In this document: positions 9,765 to 20,883 of the stretch, piece by piece
Layout: the number at the start of each line of letters is the position of its first letter
How positions within the stretch are numbered: the stretch's first letter is position 1
Assembly (NCBI GenBank): GCA_964436855.1
Contig: CAYTED010000004.1
Span: forward strand, 3,627 to 67,626
DNA from: an uncultured Bdellovibrionales bacterium
Lineage (GTDB): Bacteria; Patescibacteriota; Minisyncoccia; Moranbacterales; UBA1568
Direction of reading: 5' to 3'
Length of the DNA stretch: 64,000 nt
The notes under the pieces: model-generated
Databases searched by the model: none
What the model was told of the DNA's origin: nothing
The model's input: the letters and a program-made list of their open reading frames with translations, nothing else
Program-made: the position numbers and the translations under genes

Positions 9765-10223
9765 CTCCTCTTTTTTAAAAGGGGAGCTGTCACGTACTCG
9801 TGACTGAGGGGTTATACAGAAAACCATGACACAGATAAGCACCCTCGAGCTGCTCAAGACCAAGCGAAAAACTTTAAGAAAATCTGCAACGCCACAGAAA
9901 ATTATTCTCTGGTCGAGACTTCGTCGAAATCAGCTTGGCATCAAGTTCCGAAGACAACATTCCATCGGAAACTACATTCTTGATTTTTACTGCTCAGAGA
10001 AAAAACTTGCTATCGAACTCGATGGTTGGCAACACAAGGAAAATAAACTATACGATAACGAAAGGACGGCTTTCTTACATGATTTGAACATTCGAGTACT
10101 TCGGTTTTGGAATAATGAAATCAATGATAATCTCGAAGGAGTCATATCAAAAATAATCGAGGCACTCAAACCCTAACCCCTCCGTCCCGCAGACGGGCCC
10201 CCTCCCCTTTCAGAAAAGGTGAG
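9765..10223. mobile_element. putative DUF559 endonuclease element bounded by inverted structured repeats
   Basis: left 9765-9813 and right 10175-10223 are inverted copies of CTC(C)C-N-GGGGAG..GAC(T/G)GAGGGGTT. Confidence 0.6.
9826..10176 (+). CDS. DUF559 / Vsr-like endonuclease
   Basis: LRKSATPQ..LWSRLR, FRRQHSIGNYILDFYC, IELDGWQH, VLRFWNNE. Confidence 0.9.
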   Translation: MTQISTLELLKTKRKTLRKSATPQKIILWSRLRRNQLGIKFRRQHSIGNYILDFYCSEKKLAIELDGWQHKENKLYDNERTAFLHDLNIRVLRFWNNEINDNLEGVISKIIEALKP

Positions 10224-10382
10224 GGGGAAATACACACAATTCCATCCCGAACACCTCACCGATCGTACCTTAGGCAACGAAGTCTTTCTCACAATTCTCA
10301 AAAAGTGTCTCGCAAGATAACATCGTATTATCTCTCTTTTCCCTTGAAAAAAAGGGCTTGTTCATGGTATTCTCAAAGACAT

Positions 10383-12959
10383 ATGGATCCACAAGAAATC
10401 CCGAAAACCTATACCCCGAAAGACTGGGAATCCAAGCTCTACGCAAAGTGGGAAGAGAGCGGTTTTTTCAATCCTGACAACCTTCCAGGAGATCGAACGG
10501 AGGCTTTTTCCATTATCATGCCGCCACCAAATGCCAATGGACGACTCCATGCAGGACATGCGCTCTTCGTAACTGTCGAAGATATTTTCACCCGTTTTCA
10601 TCGCATGAATGGGAAAAAAGCACTCTGGGTTCCCGGGGCCGATCACGCCGGATTCGAGACGCAAGTCGTATATGAAAGGAAACTTGAGAAAGAAGGTCGC
10701 TCACGATTCGATCTCTCACGCGAAGCACTCTATGACGAAATCTACAATTTCACCATGGAGAACAAAGGGCACATGGAAAGCGATCTCCGTAAGCTTGGCG
10801 CAAGTTGCGACTGGAGCCGCAATGCCTTTACACTCGATCCGAAAATTGTTTCCATCGTTCAGGATACCTTTCGCAAGATGTTCACAGATGGACTCGTGTA
10901 CCGCGGCAAGCGCATCGTAAACTGGTGCTCCAAACACCAGACCGGTCTCTCCGATGTGGAAACCGAAAATCAAGAATCCATTTCCCCACTCTACTATTTT
11001 CAGTATGGACCATTTGAAATTGCAACCGTACGGCCGGAAACCAAGTTCGGCGACAAATATGTCGTCATGCACCCGAATGATGAACGCTACAAAGAGTTCA
11101 CCCATGGACAAAAAATAGAAGTCGAATGGATCAATGGCCCTATCACCGCAACTATCCTCAAGGACGAAGCTATCGACCCAGCCTTCGGAAGTGGCGTCAT
11201 GACCATCACCCCTTGGCATTCCCAGGTGGACTACGATCTCGCACTCAAATACGATCTCGACTTCGAGCAGATCATCGATGAGAAAGGTTGTCTGCTTCCA
11301 ATCGCCCAGGAATTCGCCGGAATGAATATCGATGAAGCGCGCGAAAAAATCGTCGAGAAGCTACAAAGCAAAGGCCTCTTAGTAAAAATCGAGGAGGGTT
11401 ATCATAATGTAAAAAAAGTTTGCTACAAATGTGAGACTGTTATCGAGCCGCAAGCGCGTGAGCAGTGGTTTGTAAAAATGAAACCACTCGCGGAGCTCGC
11501 ACTGAAAGCTGTCCGCGATAATAAAGAAATCGAATTCCATCCGAAGAATTATGAGAAGATTTTCACCTACTGGATGGAGAACACCATCGATTGGAATATC
11601 TCCCGACAGATCGTCTGGGGCATTCCTATTCCTGCGCAGTACTGTGCTGTTTGTAACAAAGGCTACATCGACAGGAAAGCCGGCGACACCTGCAAATGCA
11701 GTGGCACTCTCGTCGCCGAAACCGACACTTTCGATACCTGGTTCTCATCCGGACAGTGGCCACTCCTATCGCTCGGCTATCCAGATTCACCGGATGTAGC
11801 TACCTATCACCCAACCACTGTCATGGAAACCGGCCATGACCTCATATTCAAGTGGATTCCTCGCATGGTTATCTTCAGCCTGTATCTCAAGAATGAAATC
11901 CCCTTTCAGCATGTCTATCTACATGGCCTCGTCAATGATGAGCATGGACAAAAGATGAGTAAGAGCAAGGGAAATGTCATCAGCCCGATCGACCTCCTCA
12001 ACGAATACGGCACTGACGCACTTAGACTCGCGCTCGTCATCGGCAATGCCCCAGGGAATAATATCCCACTCTCGTTCAAGAAAGTCGAATCCTATCGCAA
12101 CTTCGCGAACAAGCTCTGGAATATCGGGCGATACATAAACAGCCAACAGTCAGCAAACAACAATCAACAAAAGAGCGCTGCAGATTATTGGATCCTGTCA
12201 CGTCTCAACGAAACCATCGAAGAAATTACTCGACTTCTTGAAAATTACCAACCATCTCTCGCCGGAGAAAAGCTTCGCGACTTCACGTGGACCGAATTTG
12301 CTGACTGGTATGTCGAGATCCACAAAGTCGAAAAAAATGATGCGGTGCTTCGACATGTTTTTGAAACTCTCCTCAAACTCTGGCATCCATTCATTCCCTT
12401 CGTCACCGAAGCTCTCTGGGAAACATTTGGCAACTCGGAAAAAAGCTTGCTTATTACTGAAAAATGGCCGACGAACAATACTTCCGAGGAGAATTCCGAA
12501 GCCGAGGCCTTCAAAAAAATCATCACACTCATTCAAGAGGTCCGCGCCATTCGCTCTCTCTACCGTATCGACCCGGCGACGAAATTCAATATTACCGTTC
12601 AAGAAAATTCTGAAGCATTCATCCGAAACAATGAAGCAATTTTCAAACGCCTCGCGCGCATCGAAGAAATTCGTCTTTCAGAGACCATCCCAACACACTC
12701 TGCTCTCGCACAAGCAGGATCACTCCGTGTCTACATCGAACTCGAAGGCGTAATTGACTTTGACGCGGAGAAAAAGCGTCTCGAAAAAGAAATATCCGAA
12801 AAAGAAAAATATATCGTTTCGCTTGAATCAAAACTCGGAAACAAGAACTTCATCGAACGCGCAAAACCGGATATCGTCGAAAAAGAACAATCGAAATTAC
12901 AAGAAGCAAAAAACCAGATGAGTGATCTTACCGAACATCTGAATTCTCTCCCTCATTGA
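10383..12959 (+). CDS. valS: valine--tRNA ligase
   Basis: HAGH and KMSKS motifs; DWNISRQ; C-terminal coiled coil. Confidence 0.97.
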   Translation: MDPQEIPKTYTPKDWESKLYAKWEESGFFNPDNLPGDRTEAFSIIMPPPNANGRLHAGHALFVTVEDIFTRFHRMNGKKALWVPGADHAGFETQVVYERKLEKEGRSRFDLSREALYDEIYNFTMENKGHMESDLRKLGASCDWSRNAFTLDPKIVSIVQDTFRKMFTDGLVYRGKRIVNWCSKHQTGLSDVETENQESISPLYYFQYGPFEIATVRPETKFGDKYVVMHPNDERYKEFTHGQKIEVEWINGPITATILKDEAIDPAFGSGVMTITPWHSQVDYDLALKYDLDFEQIIDEKGCLLPIAQEFAGMNIDEAREKIVEKLQSKGLLVKIEEGYHNVKKVCYKCETVIEPQAREQWFVKMKPLAELALKAVRDNKEIEFHPKNYEKIFTYWMENTIDWNISRQIVWGIPIPAQYCAVCNKGYIDRKAGDTCKCSGTLVAETDTFDTWFSSGQWPLLSLGYPDSPDVATYHPTTVMETGHDLIFKWIPRMVIFSLYLKNEIPFQHVYLHGLVNDEHGQKMSKSKGNVISPIDLLNEYGTDALRLALVIGNAPGNNIPLSFKKVESYRNFANKLWNIGRYINSQQSANNNQQKSAADYWILSRLNETIEEITRLLENYQPSLAGEKLRDFTWTEFADWYVEIHKVEKNDAVLRHVFETLLKLWHPFIPFVTEALWETFGNSEKSLLITEKWPTNNTSEENSEAEAFKKIITLIQEVRAIRSLYRIDPATKFNITVQENSEAFIRNNEAIFKRLARIEEIRLSETIPTHSALAQAGSLRVYIELEGVIDFDAEKKRLEKEISEKEKYIVSLESKLGNKNFIERAKPDIVEKEQSKLQEAKNQMSDLTEHLNSLPH

Positions 12960-13012
12960 ATTTTCTTTCCGATTCTTCATTCTCCATTCAATATTCCATA
13001 TTCTTCTTCAAT

Positions 13013-13492
13013 ATGCTCCTCCGATTCCTCTCTCTCGGTATCCTCGCCGCGGCATCCGCGATGATTCTCGAACTCATTGCGCTCGCCCTGGCACAAGGAA
13101 AAACCCAAGATAATATGTCACTTCTTTTCGCGGTCCTCCTCTTCCCACTCATCGAAGAAAGCGTAAAATATCTTTTCCTCGCACGCGGGCGATCGACTTT
13201 TTCCGCATCAACTTCCGGCGTAACGATATTTTCCACCGTCCTTTTTGCCGGGCTTTTTTTCGGTATCGGTTTTTTCCTTCCGGAAATGCTCTTGCTGCGT
13301 TTCGGCGAAACATTGTCCGATCGGGGAAACATACCGATTCTTTTCTCAATACTGCTGGTTCACTCCGGAACCGGTATTCTTCTGTCATTCGCATCCGCGC
13401 TCTCGGTTCGATCAAAAATATTCGTCCCGGTGCTCCTCTTTCTTCTTGCCCTTCTCACTCATGGTGCCTACAATTTTTTCCTCTTCACATAA
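13013..13492 (+). CDS. PrsW-family intramembrane protease-like protein
   Basis: EESVK motif, H..YN near C-terminus, multiple TM helices. Confidence 0.65.
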   Translation: MLLRFLSLGILAAASAMILELIALALAQGKTQDNMSLLFAVLLFPLIEESVKYLFLARGRSTFSASTSGVTIFSTVLFAGLFFGIGFFLPEMLLLRFGETLSDRGNIPILFSILLVHSGTGILLSFASALSVRSKIFVPVLLFLLALLTHGAYNFFLFT

Positions 13493-13568
13493 CTCCTTTT
13501 CCATTTGCACTCTTTGCGTCACTCTTTTATAATAAAAGAGTATTGATTGAAAAATATTCACAAACACT

Positions 13569-14123
13569 ATGACCAAAGAAAAAACCTCCTTCTTCGAACG
13601 ATTGACCGGAGCGAAAAAGCTCGACGACACCGGAATGTCCACTATGTCCGAACCCATATCCGTCTACAACGAAACCGAAGAAAGCGCCTTTGTAGAGACT
13701 GCGCCCCTTATGGCATCGCAACATCCCGAACCGAAAAAAGAAAGCTGGTTCGCGCCATCGCCATCATCGCACGCAAGCGCACAAGACGAAGGCGAAGGAC
13801 AACTCACCATCGATGTCTACCAGACTGAAAATGACATCGTCATCAAGTCAACGATCGCCGGCGTCAAACCCGAAGACCTCGATGTAACTATCAATAACGA
13901 TATGGTTACCATCAAAGGCGCCCGGTCAAACGAAGAAGTCGTCGAATCCGGAAACTACTACTATCAAGAATGTTACTGGGGCGGTTTTTCCCGATCGGTA
14001 CTCCTCCCGGTCGACATTATTCCCGAAAAAGCCGACGCTTCACTCAAAAACGGTATCCTGACTATCCGCCTGCCAAAAGCCGATGTTACCAAGGTGAAAA
14101 AAATCCAGGTACGCGGATTCTGA
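13569..14123 (+). CDS. Hsp20/alpha-crystallin small heat shock protein
   Basis: IDVYQT..AGVKPEDLDV..FSRSVLLP..NGILTIRLPK. Confidence 0.93.
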   Translation: MTKEKTSFFERLTGAKKLDDTGMSTMSEPISVYNETEESAFVETAPLMASQHPEPKKESWFAPSPSSHASAQDEGEGQLTIDVYQTENDIVIKSTIAGVKPEDLDVTINNDMVTIKGARSNEEVVESGNYYYQECYWGGFSRSVLLPVDIIPEKADASLKNGILTIRLPKADVTKVKKIQVRGF

Positions 14124-14211
14124 TTCGAACTCCATCAAAGCAACACACGTGAAAGGGCGCTCGATCTTGTTTGTCGGACGCTCTTTTTTTGGATATACTG
14201 AAATACTTTCT

Positions 14212-15498
14212 ATGCCGAAGATATTTTCATTTTTGATTCGAAGTTTTTTGGTGCTCATTTTGAGTCTCTCTTGTTTCGCTGTCCTCCCAGAAACAACCCA
14301 CGGGAGCGATACTCCTGAAAGCGTCTTGCTTCGATATGAAAATTTCTCCGAACCCGTTTCCGGAGAATTACTTCAATCGTTTTTTTCTCACCACAGATCC
14401 TTCTCGATCAATCCGGAATATCGGTCCGAAATAGAAAATCAGAACCCCTGCCAAAAAAAAGAATTTTTTTGCTCTTTTTTTCGAACCGAACGATCTCGAG
14501 CAAGCGTGCAATATTCCCTCGTATCGACACCGGATAGAGATGCCATTACCGATTATCTCGTTCGACTTTCCGAGAGATTCGACACTGAACCGAAAAATAC
14601 GATTCTTGCGGCAAAAGACGGAAAGGTAATTGTAGATACCGCATCGGAAAACGGCAGAAAACTTCGTATCGCAGAAAGTACCGATGCCATCATCTCATCC
14701 CTTTCATCAAAAAAATCCGCTCAAACTCTTATCATAGATCTCTTTGTGGAGCCGAAAAAACCGGAATTTTCCATCAATGACCCAAGCGAAATCGGTATTA
14801 CCGACCTCATCGGAGAGGGAGTAACTAATTTTCGCGGATCGCCAAAAAACCGTATCTATAACATTCACCGTGCGCTCGAACAATTCCAGGGGCTTCTCAT
14901 TGCGCCAGAAGAAGAATTTTCTTTTGTCCGATACCTCGGCGAAGTGGATGGAGAACACGGATACCTTCCGGAGCTCGTTATTAAAAATAACCGCACCGAG
15001 CCGGAATTCGGTGGTGGCATTTGTCAGGTATCATCGACCGTCTTTCGGGCCGCAGTCAATACCGGACTTAAGATAACCGAGCGGCGCAATCATGCCTACC
15101 CGGTACAGTATTACAAGCCCTACGGTATGGACGCGACTATCTATATTCCCAAGCCCGACCTTCGATTCAAAAACAACACCGGCGGACACATTTTCATTCA
15201 ACCGATTGTCGACGGTACGCAACTCACGTTTCAAATCTTCGGAAAAAAAGACGGCCGATCTACGACAATCGACGGTCCGCATATTCTCGAAAGCAATCCC
15301 GACGGAAGCATGAAAACACTCTTTACCCAAATCGTGACAACGTCCGACGGCATGGAATTGATTCGCGACAATTTCTGGAGCAATTACAAATCCCCTTCGC
15401 TTTTTCCACATCCCGGCGAAGAATCCGTTCTCACGGAAAAGCCGAAAAATTGGTCCGAAAGACAATGGCGTGAATACAAAAAAACCCGGTCGACCTGA
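14212..15498 (+). CDS. VanW-family protein with putative peptidoglycan-binding domain
   Basis: N-terminal TM/signal; GGGICQVSSTVF, ERRNH, DLRFKNNT. Confidence 0.9.
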   Translation: MPKIFSFLIRSFLVLILSLSCFAVLPETTHGSDTPESVLLRYENFSEPVSGELLQSFFSHHRSFSINPEYRSEIENQNPCQKKEFFCSFFRTERSRASVQYSLVSTPDRDAITDYLVRLSERFDTEPKNTILAAKDGKVIVDTASENGRKLRIAESTDAIISSLSSKKSAQTLIIDLFVEPKKPEFSINDPSEIGITDLIGEGVTNFRGSPKNRIYNIHRALEQFQGLLIAPEEEFSFVRYLGEVDGEHGYLPELVIKNNRTEPEFGGGICQVSSTVFRAAVNTGLKITERRNHAYPVQYYKPYGMDATIYIPKPDLRFKNNTGGHIFIQPIVDGTQLTFQIFGKKDGRSTTIDGPHILESNPDGSMKTLFTQIVTTSDGMELIRDNFWSNYKSPSLFPHPGEESVLTEKPKNWSERQWREYKKTRST

Positions 15499-15612
15499 CC
15501 GGATTTTTTTATAAACGACAAACTCCATTAAGATGACCCTGCAAAAGCACCCCCTCTTCCGCGGATGGGAACCGAAATGAATTCATAGTTTTCACGAAGA
15601 AGCACTCACAGG

Positions 15613-15684
15613 GGTGACTACAGGGAATCGAACCCTGATTCATGGTACCACAAACCATTGTCCTACCATTGAACGATAGTCACC
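15613..15684 (-). tRNA. tRNA-His(GTG)
   Basis: ATGGT-TTGTGGT-ACCAT anticodon arm; G-1; GGTTCGATTCC. Confidence 0.93.
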
Positions 15685-15787
15685 CCTCTATTCACTTCTT
15701 TCTGATCGCAATCCGCCCGGCTGGCGGATCTGCCACCAAGCGATACTCTTGGTACGCCGAGAGAAAATCTCCACTTGCCAAAGTCTG

Positions 15788-15859
15788 TGCCCTCGGTTGG
15801 AATCGAACCAACATCAACGGCTTAGAAGTCCGCAGCTCTATCCATTGAGCTACAAGGGC
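15788..15859 (-). tRNA. tRNA-Arg(TCT)
   Basis: GCCCTTG acceptor; CTTCTAA loop; GGTTCGATTCC. Confidence 0.93.
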
Positions 15860-15861
15860 AA

Positions 15862-15933
15862 TGGCCTGACGGGCAGAAACTCCCATCAATCCCACTCAAG
15901 CGGGACTGCTTTATCCATTAAGCTATTGGGGCC
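15862..15933 (-). pseudogene. tRNA-like element (Arg-type 5' half, non-canonical 3' half)
   Basis: first 26 nt match tRNA-Arg(TCG) at 24/26; no TTCRA T-loop; acceptor stem does not close canonically. Confidence 0.6.
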
Positions 15934-15948
15934 AAAACATTCTCTCGG

Positions 15949-16021
15949 TGGGTGTAGTAGGGATCGAACCTACGACCGTTGGCTTAAGAGGCCACTGCTC
16001 TACCGACTGAGCTATACACCC
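15949..16021 (-). tRNA. tRNA-Lys(CTT)
   Basis: GGGTGTA acceptor; CTCTTAA loop; GGTTCGATCC. Confidence 0.95.
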
Positions 16022-16160
16022 AAACACAAAAAAACAACATCAGAATAATACCAAAAAGACCTCTTGACGTCAATCCGGAAATCATTTGCGAAAGAAGGAG
16101 GGAGTACTATAATAAAGGGAAGGAGGAATATATAATTCAATAAGTTTAACACACGCTCCT

Positions 16161-16640
16161 ATGATGAAAGGATGCAACGTGAAAGTACACGGACCGCGAG
16201 TGCTGCTCTCGCTTTTGTTTGTGGTTGGTGGGTTTAATTTCTTGACCAATTTCAGCGGCACAGCGCAGTACGTTGGAATGGGTCTTACCCCTTGGGGACT
16301 CGCAGGTATCGCAACGCTCGCAACCGTGGTTGCTATCGTTCTCAAGCTCGGCGGCGGTCTGATGCTTCTTGCAAATTTCCGTACAAGTACAGCGGCTTGG
16401 ATGCTTATTGTCTTTACCGTTCTCGCGACAATCATGTATCACACTCCGAGTTCCGGAGATCCGATGTGGATGGTTCAAGCATTGAAGAATGTTGCCATTA
16501 TCGGCGGATTGCTTACCTTTGCCTGCTGCCCCTGCAAAAAATGCAAAGAAGCCTGCAGTAAAGATGACGGCTGCTGCAATGACGGTGGCTGTTGCAGCGG
16601 AGGATCCTGCGAATCAAAAGAAGATGCCCCTCAAGCATAA
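16161..16640 (+). CDS. DoxX-family membrane protein with Cys-rich tail
   Basis: RVLLSLLF, GGGLMLL, KNVAIIGGLL; 10 Cys in C-terminal tail. Confidence 0.85.
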   Translation: MMKGCNVKVHGPRVLLSLLFVVGGFNFLTNFSGTAQYVGMGLTPWGLAGIATLATVVAIVLKLGGGLMLLANFRTSTAAWMLIVFTVLATIMYHTPSSGDPMWMVQALKNVAIIGGLLTFACCPCKKCKEACSKDDGCCNDGGCCSGGSCESKEDAPQA

Positions 16641-16662
16641 ATTTTGGTTCTTCATACCAACA

Positions 16663-16693
16663 GAAAATCCGCTCCTTCCGAGCGGATTTTTTT
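16663..16693. terminator. intrinsic terminator (bidirectional)
   Basis: AAAATCCGCTC-loop-GAGCGGATTTTTTT. Confidence 0.75.
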
Positions 16694-16694
16694 G

Positions 16695-16766
16695 TGCCCC
16701 GAGAGAGAATCGAACTCCCATAGCCGGTTCCGAAGACCGGTACTTTATCCATTAAGCTATCGGGGC
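16695..16766 (-). tRNA. tRNA-Arg(TCG)
   Basis: GCCCCGA acceptor; CCGGT-CTTCGGA-ACCGG; AGTTCGATTCT. Confidence 0.93.
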
Positions 16767-17271
16767 GGAGACATACTCTTTTGTACCTGAATTAAACGGC
16801 GCCGTCAACACAAAGCACGGAAAAGACCCGAAACTGCTGATACAAATCCCTGTCAATTCATTGATTGTCGGTATATGAAAAAACTCGAGACTGAATGGGA
16901 GGAATTTGCTTTTTACAGCATTTGCCACGGCATCATCGTTCTTTCCGTCATTGCATTCAGATACGCGATATTCGCGCTCGCGCAACTCTCTATCGTTGCA
17001 CAATAAGACCCCTTGACAGGTTTTCCTCGGAGGATTATTGTTGAGGCAGAAGCTTGAAAAGGAAAGGGTCAAACAAAGTGGGAAAAATCTACATATTCCC
17101 CGCCCCGATCGAACATTGATCAGAGTTGGTTAAATGAGTGAATGATTGTACATCGCTACATCGCTTCACTCAAACACACTCTTGTGTGCTCCGACTCGCT
17201 TCGATTCCATCGATCCTCCTTTCCTTTTCTCTCTTCTCACACCAAGGCAATGCCCTTGGTTTCTTCTTTTT

Positions 17272-17583
17272 TCAGACATTCTTTTTCTCACCGTCGATTT
17301 TCCGAATAATATCCCGCATCAAATATACGCCCACAAAAAAGAAAATGCTCGCGATAAGTTTTGAGACAAGGGAGGCGAGCGCGACATATCCCCTATTCGG
17401 AACCATCCCGACAGTCTCGGAAACAATCAGGAAAAAAATCGCCCAACCGAAAAATTTGTACGATGCGTCAAGCTCCATTTCCACCCGCCAAATAACGCCG
17501 ATCGCAAAGAGAAGCGCAAAAAAAAGCGTAACAATCGTCGCAAGCGAAAGAAAGAGGAGGAAAAGTTCCATATTCATCCCCAC
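17272..17583 (-). CDS. hypothetical membrane protein (3 TM)
   Basis: hydrophobic helices; overlaps stop of upstream gene. Confidence 0.7.
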   Translation of the reverse strand: MGMNMELFLLFLSLATIVTLFFALLFAIGVIWRVEMELDASYKFFGWAIFFLIVSETVGMVPNRGYVALASLVSKLIASIFFFVGVYLMRDIIRKIDGEKKNV

Positions 17584-18989
17584 ACCCCCTTTCCTTGACC
17601 AAAAAATCCGAATCGCTCAAAATGCCGCTCGGTTATTCGTCGTACCGAGTGCACAAAGTACCAGTACTCACGCGCAAAAAGAAGTATCCACAAGAAAAAG
17701 AGGGTCAATAACACAAGGAAAAACCATCCGATCCTTTGTGCGACTTGCGCATACGTGATTGTCTCGCTATTCCCAAGCCTCGCGACCGGATACGGCTGCA
17801 CAGAAAATGAAAGCTCTCGACTCACCGTATACTTGCCCCGCTCCGCATATACCAAAACCCGATACCCCGAAACCGCGTCAACCCAGAGTGGTATTTTTAT
17901 ATCCCGGGAAAAAGATTGGTCGGAAAAATCTCGAATTTCAGGAATAAGCCGCGACACTTCTCTCCCGGAAGGATCGAGTACAACGTACGAAAAAGCGATC
18001 GGATCCGTATTCTCATCGGAAAACGCCGCATTCGTATCGACAGTTACCACGATCGGAAGAGAGTCTCCCTGCATCACCTCGTGCATCCCTCCGCGAATCG
18101 CAATGTTAAAATCAAAAGGAAGTGACGATTTTCCCGAAGAAATTTGTTCGAAAGATCCGGTGAAAAAATCTTCCTCTCCCTTCTGATTCGATTTTCCGCG
18201 CCGATGAGAATCATCCGTATTATCGGTTACTTCGAAAGAAATCGAGTCCTCCGATGTTCTTGTTGAATCATCAGGATCGGTAACCGTAACCGTAAAAAGA
18301 TGCTCTCCTTCGGAAAGGCGTACCGGCGACGTCCACTCCCAATATCCGGCGGCATTGGCCGTCAATTGAGCAGCGACGGTATTCGAACTATTCAGAAGAA
18401 TATCAATAATACCGTTCGCGATATTGGTCACTCCGGAAAACCTCGGGGTCCTGTCGGATATGGAAAGATTCGTTCGGAAATTCGTCACATCTTTTCGAAC
18501 AAAGCGCGTTGTTGTAATGGTCGCCGGAGATGCGGACGGACAATCAAGCGTCGTCGCCGAAACCGAATCCGAGACTTCCGTCCCCGGAAACATCGGCCCA
18601 TTCGCCGTCACAACATACGAATAGGTCGTTGATTCGGAAACGGAGATGTCGGAATACTGCGATGTCGCGACCCCGGTAACAAGCGTCACGCTGTCTCGAT
18701 CGATATCCCACGACGATGTCCCGATATCATCCGCCCAGTCAAGTTGCACGCGCGGCGCTCCGGAAACGCACACCGGCGTTGCGGTAACAATGGGTTTTTG
18801 CGGCGGCCCAACCACGGTCGCAAGCACGGTAATATCGGCTCCGATTGCGCGAAGTTTTTCTTGTATATCCTTGACAAAAAATTCCGGACCAAGGAAAAAT
18901 CCCAAAGCAAGGTACGAAACAAAAGCGATACCGACAACAAAAAGATGGAGTCGGATACACCACTGAATAGCCCGATTTGGTTGATGCAT
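17574..18989 (-). CDS. membrane-anchored surface protein with FN3/Ig-like domains
   Basis: N- and C-terminal TM; TYSYVVTA (FN3-like) and TPRFSG..GYWEWT..LSEGEH (bacterial Ig-like). Confidence 0.75.
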   Translation of the reverse strand: MHQPNRAIQWCIRLHLFVVGIAFVSYLALGFFLGPEFFVKDIQEKLRAIGADITVLATVVGPPQKPIVTATPVCVSGAPRVQLDWADDIGTSSWDIDRDSVTLVTGVATSQYSDISVSESTTYSYVVTANGPMFPGTEVSDSVSATTLDCPSASPATITTTRFVRKDVTNFRTNLSISDRTPRFSGVTNIANGIIDILLNSSNTVAAQLTANAAGYWEWTSPVRLSEGEHLFTVTVTDPDDSTRTSEDSISFEVTDNTDDSHRRGKSNQKGEEDFFTGSFEQISSGKSSLPFDFNIAIRGGMHEVMQGDSLPIVVTVDTNAAFSDENTDPIAFSYVVLDPSGREVSRLIPEIRDFSDQSFSRDIKIPLWVDAVSGYRVLVYAERGKYTVSRELSFSVQPYPVARLGNSETITYAQVAQRIGWFFLVLLTLFFLWILLFAREYWYFVHSVRRITERHFERFGFFGQGKGVWG

Positions 18990-19045
18990 AATTTTTTGAG
19001 AGCCTCCCTCAAAATATCGAAACAAACTCCTTTCTTCAGTATACC

Positions 19046-19067
19046 AAAAAACGCCCCTTTGGGCGTC
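19046..19067 (-). terminator. terminator downstream of 16S
   Basis: minus strand GACGCCC-AAA-GGGGCGTT followed by T-run. Confidence 0.6.
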
Positions 19068-19282
19068 TGGTTGTTTTTTCTATTCTATGCGCAGCGAGAC
19101 GTTAAATCGTCTCATAAAGATCGACATCTTTTGTGGTCAGTCTTCTGTAAAAATCTTCGCTTTGACCGTATTGCTCCATTTCTCTTGCCGGAGCAAAGAA
19201 GAAATATCTTCACAATACCGTCGACCTTGTTTGGTTGAGAACTCGATACTAGGTATCAACTCTCACCCACCATTACTCCCTA

Positions 19283-20883
<1,601 letters not shown>

